From: Gemmata obscuriglobus
GTDB lineage: Bacteria > Planctomycetota > Planctomycetia > Gemmatales > Gemmataceae
Assembly (NCBI RefSeq): GCF_008065095.1
Contig: NZ_CP042911.1
Coordinates: 3,015,829-3,047,828, forward strand
DNA length: 32,000 nucleotides
Reading direction: 5' to 3'
The notes under the pieces were generated by a model. The model ran no database searches, had not been told where the DNA came from, and saw only the letters and a program-made list of their open reading frames with translations. Below are positions 26,107 through 32,000 of this stretch, piece by piece; positions within the stretch are counted from its first letter, which is position 1, and every line of letters starts with the position of its first letter. A program made the position numbers and the translations under genes.

Positions 26107-27540
26107 ATGTCTAAGCGTCCGGTAGCTGCAAATCTTCCCACGAGTGCTCACCCAAACTCCGGGTTCCGGGACGAGATGAACTTCGCCGAATTCCCATTGG
26201 CCTCACTCTCGGATCGGGTTGCGGACAATCAGAAGACACTCGAGTTCACCGACACCATTGAGGACTCCTCGACCGGCAAAGACGTGGTCCGCACGCTGGT
26301 CATCACTGCGGCCGACAAGTTCGGTCTTCCCACGGCTCTCGACGACGAACTGCTGCTCGGGCTCATCAAGCTGTCGGTGGAGCAGGGATTCACCGACCCC
26401 AAGGTGTATTTCTCGCGGTACGAGCTCATCAAGAAGCTCGGGTGGCGGGACGAGTCGAAGTCGTACCGGCGCATCGAGGACGGGCTCAACCGCTGGACCG
26501 GAGTCACGCTCCAGTACCGAAAATCGTGGTGGGTGAACGACGAGAAGAGCTGGGTGACCGAGACGTTCCACGTGCTCAACTCGGTGACCGTGTACGACCG
26601 CGAACGCATCGCCCGGCGGCGAATGATGGCCAAGGACGCGCCCGAGAAGGCGCTCTCGTCGTTCGTGTGGAGCGACCAGGTGTTTCAGAGCTTCAAGGCC
26701 GGGTACATCAAGCAGCTCGACTTCGATTTCTACAAGAGCCTGACGAGTGCCATCTCGAAGCGCATGTTCCGGTTCCTGGACAAGCGGTTTTACAACACCG
26801 GGCGCTGGGAGTTCGACCTCCAGGTGTTCGCGTGTGAGCACATCGGGCTGTCGAAAAACTACTCGAACTCGGAGCTCAAGCGGAAGCTCGCACCGGCAAT
26901 ATCGGAGCTCGAAACGAATGGATTTCTGGCCCCGCTTTCGGACGACGAACGGTTCGTACGTGAGCGGTGCGGCAAGTGGCGGGCGGTGTTTGTAAAGGCC
27001 ACGAAAAAGCTCGCGGTGCTCCCGCGCACCGACGCCGAACACGACCCACTGTTTCGGGATTTAGTGGGCCGTGGCCTTAACCCCCGCAGCGCCCAAAAGC
27101 TGCTGCGCGAACACCCGCCCGAGAAGATTCGAGAGAAGGTTCAGCTCTTCGATCAGCTGAAAGAACGGGTAGGCGAGGGGACCATTCGCAACCGACCGGG
27201 ATGGCTGTACGCAGCCATCGTCAAGGACTTTACCGTCGGGGCGGTTGCGTCGGCTCACCCGCCCCCGGTCGTAGCAGTCGTAACACCGCTCGCGACTGTC
27301 GAAGTGAGCGAGCGGGAGCGGGCCGAGAAATCGAAGGCTGAGGCTTTCGAGCGGTACTGGGAAGCGCTTACCGAAGAGCAGCAGCGCGAGTTCGAAGACC
27401 AAGCGGTTGCGGGCGCGTCAGGTTTTCTGCAAAAGCAGTACCACCGAGACAAGGAAGCACGAGGCCACCTGTGGCATGCGTCACGGCAGAGCATCCTCCT
27501 CGAACATTTCAGACGATTCGGGTCTGCTCGAACCGATTAA
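26107..27540 (+). CDS. repA: Plasmid replication initiator (RepA / 'replication initiator protein A' type)
   Basis: ATG at 26107 lies 5 nt after AGGAGG. The N-terminal 'MNFAEFPLASLS' and 'LPTALDDELLLGLIKLS...YFSRYELIKKLGW' resemble the RPA-family initiators. The iteron and AT-rich context upstream supports this. Confidence 0.7.
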   Translation: MSKRPVAANLPTSAHPNSGFRDEMNFAEFPLASLSDRVADNQKTLEFTDTIEDSSTGKDVVRTLVITAADKFGLPTALDDELLLGLIKLSVEQGFTDPKVYFSRYELIKKLGWRDESKSYRRIEDGLNRWTGVTLQYRKSWWVNDEKSWVTETFHVLNSVTVYDRERIARRRMMAKDAPEKALSSFVWSDQVFQSFKAGYIKQLDFDFYKSLTSAISKRMFRFLDKRFYNTGRWEFDLQVFACEHIGLSKNYSNSELKRKLAPAISELETNGFLAPLSDDERFVRERCGKWRAVFVKATKKLAVLPRTDAEHDPLFRDLVGRGLNPRSAQKLLREHPPEKIREKVQLFDQLKERVGEGTIRNRPGWLYAAIVKDFTVGAVASAHPPPVVAVVTPLATVEVSERERAEKSKAEAFERYWEALTEEQQREFEDQAVAGASGFLQKQYHRDKEARGHLWHASRQSILLEHFRRFGSARTD

Positions 27541-27678
27541 ACATCGCTCCCGAACCTGTTGCAACCGGTCCGCCATGGTGTACGGGACAGACGCGGATCC
27601 ACAATCGAGAGCGCTCAACGGAACGGCACCGGCGAGTGGGGAGGATCGACCTACCTAACTCCGCCGGCCTGATAGTCT

Positions 27679-28362
27679 TTAAACGACAGCGCTGCGGGCT
27701 GGCTCGCTAGTTGGTTCGGAGTCCGTCAGGCAGCACGCGCCGGGTGTGCTGAGGAGGCCGCTCAGGGCCTGCCGCACACGATGAAACCGTTGGCGAGCAG
27801 CCTCAGAGGTGATTCCTAGCATCTCCGCGATCGCTTTGGGCCTCAAGCCTTTCAGGTGCAACTGCACCAGTTCCTGGTCGCGCGGCTGCAACCGCCGGAG
27901 CGCAAGGCGGAGCCTAGCAACACATCCCTGAGCCTCGCCTTCACCGTCGAAATCCTCACCATGTTTTTGATGGTCGTTGTCTGGCGAAGACGTCGCGAGA
28001 ACATCTTTCAAGTCGGCTTCTCGCTGAAGGCGTTGTCGCTCGAGACGAACCCATTTAAGGGTTTGGTTACGGGCGACGGCGCGGAAATAAGACGCGCAAC
28101 TGGTTGCCCCGTGTCGGTAGTTGCTACTGGCCTCGATGGCCTTGATGAAGATTGTCTGCAAGGCGTCTTCCGCATCCTGCGCGAACCCGGCACGAGCCAT
28201 AACACTGAACACGGTCCCGGCAATCTCGCGGCCCAACCACCTGGCAGCGGCATCGGCATCAGCCTTGGCGTCGTTGGTACCGAGGCCGACCTTCTGAGCC
28301 AGGGACGCGAGGAGCGCGGTGAGGTCCATCGGTCCAGAAATCTGATCTGCACAGACCGTCAT
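27679..28362 (-). CDS. ECF-type (sigma-70 family) RNA polymerase sigma factor
   Basis: ATG at 28362 follows AAGGAG. Region 2-like 'AEDALQTIFIKAIE...YFRAVARNQTLKWVR' and region 4 HTH 'LQPRDQELVQLHLKGLRPKAIAEMLGITSEAARQRFHRVRQAL' are present. Confidence 0.75.
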   Translation of the reverse strand: MTVCADQISGPMDLTALLASLAQKVGLGTNDAKADADAAARWLGREIAGTVFSVMARAGFAQDAEDALQTIFIKAIEASSNYRHGATSCASYFRAVARNQTLKWVRLERQRLQREADLKDVLATSSPDNDHQKHGEDFDGEGEAQGCVARLRLALRRLQPRDQELVQLHLKGLRPKAIAEMLGITSEAARQRFHRVRQALSGLLSTPGACCLTDSEPTSEPARSAVV

Positions 28363-28663
28363 GATGTTCTCCTTCCGAGCTTCGAGAAATCGGGGCACGA
28401 AGGAAGTAAACTGAATGCCCGGCCGGACGGTGTTGCGCGCGTGCAGGTAGGCTCTCTGCGGGCGGCAAGGAGAGATTCTGGTTCGGATGATAAAGCCACG
28501 GACCGTCATGCGAGGTGATCGACACACGTGTTCTGTTGGAGCAGCAGTAAGTAGGCCGCGCTCATGAAACGTGGCTACTGGTTTACCGGGTTACCCATCG
28601 ACAACCTCTTTCAGGCTCTTCTAGGCGCAGTTGACTGATCATCTGGCGGGTGCGGTCAATTTT

Positions 28664-28686
28664 CCAATCTCGATAATCGAGATTGG
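28664..28686. promoter_or_regulatory. Perfect 23-bp palindrome (11-1-11) in the divergent sigma / vWA intergenic region; candidate operator
   Basis: CCAATCTCGAT-A-ATCGAGATTGG, read directly from the sequence. Confidence 0.45.
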
Positions 28687-28901
28687 TTTGGGCGCAGCAT
28701 TGGCTGCATAACACCCGTTGTTCGGATTTTCCGACTCAATATTTCCTGCCCCGGTTGCCAACTCGTCGCCGCCGAGCAGCGCACATTTTTTCTGTCTCGC
28801 CCGTCACGAATTGAGCTCTTTCGGGAACTATTACATGTCGGCCGGCTGCTGATAATCGCGGCCAGCCGACGCGAGCATCTCACCAACTCAGGAGCGATTT
28901 C

Positions 28902-29762
28902 GTGGCTGAAGCAGAAGACACAATTTCGGACGAGATCCTGGCTCCCGCGCCGAAGGCCGAGGCCGAAATCGCCAAGCGCGGCCGAGGGCGGCCGCCCGGC
29001 AGCAAGAACAAAACGAAGGAGCTGCCGACCGAGCCCCCAAAATCGCCCGCACCGCAGACCATCGAGAATACTCCGGAGGACGCAGCCGTCTCACGGGCGA
29101 TGCGCGATGCCTTAGAGAAGCTCGACTTCGAGTCCATGGGCAGCGCGGACCGGTGGCTGATCTTGCTGGTGCGGGACACGAGCCCGAGTGAGCAGCCGCA
29201 CGAGAAGGAGTTCCATGAAGGGGCCAACGCAATCGGCCCAGTGCTCGCCGCAGACCGGCTCGCCGCAAACCTCGTTGATGTGGCGCTGTGCTACGGTGCT
29301 GAAGATTTCAAGGTCATCGACTGCCAGCACGCCAAGAATTTCGTGATGCCGCAGCACGTGGAGTATGGCCGTGGCACAGCGGGGGCGCCGTGGTTCCGTG
29401 GTATCACACGCGTGTGCAAGGACTACCGCGAGCACCTGGATGACCTGGGGGTTGCCGTCGGTGGCACCTTCGTTGTCGTGGCCTCGGACTTCTTGCTTGG
29501 AGACGATTTCGTCAGTGCCCTACGCGAGTTCCAGGAACTCCAGCACGCGGACCCGAAGCTGGTCGTGATCCCAGCCGGGTTCGGGAACTGGGTGCCACAG
29601 GTCGCCGAGCAGGTCTCGGTTCGCATTAAGCCAGTGGATCTGAACTCGTTCCGGATTTTTGACTTCCTGAAGATCGTCGCCACTTCGATGCGCGAGCTCA
29701 GCTGCTCGCGGCCCGAAGACCGGCAGTCCGTCATTGATAAGCTCAACGACCTCAACGGGTGA
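28902..29762 (+). CDS. AT-hook protein with vWA-like (MIDAS) domain
   Basis: GTG start lies 7 nt after AGGAG. AT-hook 'KRGRGRPPGSKNK' is present. The vWA-like order of elements is 'WLILLVRDTSPSE' (DxSxS), 'GRGTAGAPWF' (GT) and 'TFVVVASDFLLGDD' (D). Confidence 0.55.
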   Translation: MAEAEDTISDEILAPAPKAEAEIAKRGRGRPPGSKNKTKELPTEPPKSPAPQTIENTPEDAAVSRAMRDALEKLDFESMGSADRWLILLVRDTSPSEQPHEKEFHEGANAIGPVLAADRLAANLVDVALCYGAEDFKVIDCQHAKNFVMPQHVEYGRGTAGAPWFRGITRVCKDYREHLDDLGVAVGGTFVVVASDFLLGDDFVSALREFQELQHADPKLVVIPAGFGNWVPQVAEQVSVRIKPVDLNSFRIFDFLKIVATSMRELSCSRPEDRQSVIDKLNDLNG

Positions 29763-29769
29763 TTCCGCC

Positions 29770-30981
29770 ATGGCCGACCTCGTGGTCTGGTCTCCCATCA
29801 ACCAGTGCACCGTCCGCCTCACTCCGGCCGGGGTGAGCGGCGGGCAGACCGAACTGTTCTGGTTCAAAGACGACCCCGCTCGCTGCGCGGGGGTGCCCGT
29901 AGGCGGGAGTTGGGCCCCGTCATATTGGGCCAAGATCGAAGCACTCATTGCCCTGGCCGACCCGAGCGTTGAGGCAGCGTTCCCGGACGAGTTGCTGCTC
30001 GACCCACGGGACCGCAAGACTCCGCTCGGCTTCGGGATGAAGAAGGCCTCGGGCATCCCGCACACGCAGATCGTGATTCCGGCCGAGCGTGCCGCACAAG
30101 GGCTCAACTGGGGGCCACGCGAGGTACGCGATGTGGCCCTGCAGTTCGCGCGGCTGTTCGCCCGTTTCGAACGACTGGGGATCACTCAGAACGACTCACA
30201 CGGGGGCAATTACCTCGTCGACTGGCCCCGGTTTGCCAATCGCCCGACGGTCTTCCGGGTCGACGCGCTTGCGTTCGGGTTTCACTGGAGCGGCACCTAT
30301 TTCGGGTGTGATGCAGCGGTGTTTGAGTTCCTGCCCCCAGAGCTTCACTCCAGCGATTTATCGACCGTTGAGTTTACGCGCGATGTCGACCGCTACAGCT
30401 TAGCGTGCCTGCTGTTCCCGTTACTCACGGGCGGGTCGTACCCGTGGAACTTCGGACGCGGCAAGGGTACGGCGGCCGAGCGGGTCGCGCGTAAAGAATT
30501 CGCGATGTTCACCAACCCGCGCGGCACCAAAGTGCCCCCGAGTGTTGAGACCGCGTTCAACACTCTGCCGGCCGAGGTGATCGTGTTGTTCGAGCGGGCG
30601 TTCCTCGGCGACCCAGCCGTAAGGCCTGCGCCGCGCGAGTGGTTGCATGCGCTGAAGCTAATCGACACGCGATGGCGCCCCACGCTGCCTCGCCTCAAGA
30701 CCGGTCGGTTGAAGGGTCTTGGAAGGGCCATCGCTCAGGCCATGTGGCCGGCCTGTGCGGCAGTTCGAGCGCACCGCTGGATGCTGCTCGCGGTGACGTT
30801 TACGGTCCTTGCCGCCGCCGGCCCGCCCAAAGCTTTGTTTGCGCCAAGATCGCCGGGAGAACCGGCGCTCCCAGCGTCTCAAGCCGGTACGCAGGGGACA
30901 GACAGCGGCCAAGCAGCAGAAGAACCGACGGCGCCGACGCGCAGGCCCAAAAACACCGGCTCGTGGCAGAACCTCAGGTAA
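29770..30981 (+). CDS. YegI-like (TerY-P-type) protein kinase-like protein with C-terminal TM helix
   Basis: ATG at 29770. Motifs: 'VSGGQTELFWF', 'GFGMKKASG', 'GITQNDSHGGNYLV' (catalytic loop analogue), 'FRVDALAF', 'FLPPELH', 'DVDRYSLACLLFPLLTGGSYPW'. A hydrophobic 'WMLLAVTFTVLAAAG' is followed by a Pro-rich tail. Confidence 0.6.
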   Translation: MADLVVWSPINQCTVRLTPAGVSGGQTELFWFKDDPARCAGVPVGGSWAPSYWAKIEALIALADPSVEAAFPDELLLDPRDRKTPLGFGMKKASGIPHTQIVIPAERAAQGLNWGPREVRDVALQFARLFARFERLGITQNDSHGGNYLVDWPRFANRPTVFRVDALAFGFHWSGTYFGCDAAVFEFLPPELHSSDLSTVEFTRDVDRYSLACLLFPLLTGGSYPWNFGRGKGTAAERVARKEFAMFTNPRGTKVPPSVETAFNTLPAEVIVLFERAFLGDPAVRPAPREWLHALKLIDTRWRPTLPRLKTGRLKGLGRAIAQAMWPACAAVRAHRWMLLAVTFTVLAAAGPPKALFAPRSPGEPALPASQAGTQGTDSGQAAEEPTAPTRRPKNTGSWQNLR

Positions 30982-30995
30982 CAGCGGAGGCAGTC

Positions 30996-32000
30996 ATGGG
31001 TTTCGCCATGCACGGGCGCAACGGGCACCGGTCCGCTGGCGCTATGGATCTGTACGAGATCCCTGAGCAGACGGCGCTCGGACTCGGCGACAAAGCGATG
31101 CTGTACCGCAACGGTCGGTTAGTGGGTTATGTCGACCACGCGGGCGTGCTCCGACTCGGCCGGGGGCAGAACCTGGCGGGCGTGCAGCTTCGCCGTCCGC
31201 ACCCGCGCTTGAAAGAGGGTGAGGGGATGTCTTTCACGGTCCCCTGGACCGTGACCGCCGCGATGAAGGAACGCGGCCTTCTTAACGACCCGCACACAGC
31301 GTTCTCGTACTTGGAACGTAACGCGATCCGGGCGATGCGCGAACAGAACTGGTACGCCTACGGCCGCACGACCGAGTTCCGCAAAGTCAACGTCAACGGC
31401 CAGCCCAAGGTGCAACGGGTCACCCGGAAGGTGAAGGTTGACCTGTACCACTTGGTCTATCGCGGCTTTCGCACCCGTGCCGGCGAGGTGTCACCTCAGA
31501 TTAGCGCGTACGCGCTCAACATGGGGCAGGCGGCCAACGGCAAGCACTACGCACTCGACTGGAAGGGGCTCTACAACGCGCAGCAACAGGTCAAGGCCGT
31601 CTGGCACCTGGGGCTCGCCTACGACCTCGGGCAAAAGGCCGGCATCAAGTGCGTCCCAAAGGGGCACTCGATGCGTGCCCTGGGTATCGACCAGAAGGTG
31701 AAGCCCAAGCGCACGCGCCAGGTGCGTAAGCGACTCAAGCAGATGAAGGCTCGGGGGCCTCGAGCGCGCGACCGTGCGGCCCGCGAGACCCGGGCGCCCA
31801 AGCCGGACGTTTCGTGGGGTCAGGCCGTCAAGAACACGGTCTATCAACTCCGCAGCGCGGTCGAACGCAAAATTACTCGGCTCTCCAAATCGCGCCAGCG
31901 GCGGTTCGCACGGCAGTGCGTGCGCGCGGCGGTCCGGTTCTGCAGTGACGGCAACCTGCGGTTCAGCACCCGCGACGTGAAGGCGGCAGCAGCCCACATG
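30996..32000 (+). CDS. Hypothetical protein, 5' part only (ORF open to the end of the window)
   Basis: ATG at 30996 lies 5 nt after GGAGG. I translated 335 sense codons by hand with no stop up to base 32000. The ORF is absent from the supplied track, presumably because it lacks a stop. It is GC-rich at third positions and has a basic tail 'KVKPKRTRQVRKRLKQMKARGPRARDR'. Confidence 0.6.
   Translation, partial: MGFAMHGRNGHRSAGAMDLYEIPEQTALGLGDKAMLYRNGRLVGYVDHAGVLRLGRGQNLAGVQLRRPHPRLKEGEGMSFTVPWTVTAAMKERGLLNDPHTAFSYLERNAIRAMREQNWYAYGRTTEFRKVNVNGQPKVQRVTRKVKVDLYHLVYRGFRTRAGEVSPQISAYALNMGQAANGKHYALDWKGLYNAQQQVKAVWHLGLAYDLGQKAGIKCVPKGHSMRALGIDQKVKPKRTRQVRKRLKQMKARGPRARDRAARETRAPKPDVSWGQAVKNTVYQLRSAVERKITRLSKSRQRRFARQCVRAAVRFCSDGNLRFSTRDVKAAAAHM

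Noticed and set aside
31119-31997. Minus-strand ORFs 31119..31451 and 31491..31997
   Set aside because: They are antisense to the longer uninterrupted plus-strand frame, which has a strong GGAGG ribosome-binding site and follows the upstream operon. I treat them as shadows.

Overview
This is high-GC bacterial DNA, roughly 60-70% GC in most genes by eye, with several lower-GC islands. It looks plasmid-borne or plasmid-derived. All family calls come from motif recognition by eye; no searches were run.

Layout from left to right:
- A CHAT-type protease gene, abutted by a probably truncated IS66-family transposase.
- A ~290 bp AT-rich element bounded by inverted repeats.
- A lower-GC, translationally coupled operon: a Ser/Thr kinase followed by a SAMHD1-like HD dNTP triphosphohydrolase.
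- An intact ISKra4-like IS with perfect terminal inverted repeats and a target-site duplication. It sits 56 bp upstream of the kinase start, and its transposase is split by a 1-nt frame change in a T5C6 run.
- Two head-to-head gene fragments (PQQ beta-propeller and LMW phosphatase).
- An arsR-arsM-arsC-acr3 arsenic operon with a 12-2-12 operator.
- A secreted PQQ-like beta-propeller gene with an intrinsic terminator.
- A Phd/VapC toxin-antitoxin pair.
- An AAA+ ATPase plus S8 subtilase pair (IetAS-like).
- A divergently oriented 1099-aa SF2 helicase with a nuclease-like C-terminus.
- A parA gene plus a small partner gene.
- A 1.3 kb non-coding region holding two repeat families (CCGG-N4-CCGG arrays and 19-bp iterons) and an AT-rich tract.
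- A RepA-type replication initiator.
- An ECF-like sigma factor.
- An AT-hook/vWA-like protein, a YegI-like kinase, and an ORF that is open to the window end and absent from the supplied ORF track.

I saw no rRNA, complete tRNA or CRISPR array. The candidates I consider most novel are the kinase/HD-dNTPase pair, the helicase-nuclease next to the IetAS-like pair, and the sigma/vWA/kinase block. The repeat architecture of the replicon core is also unusual.
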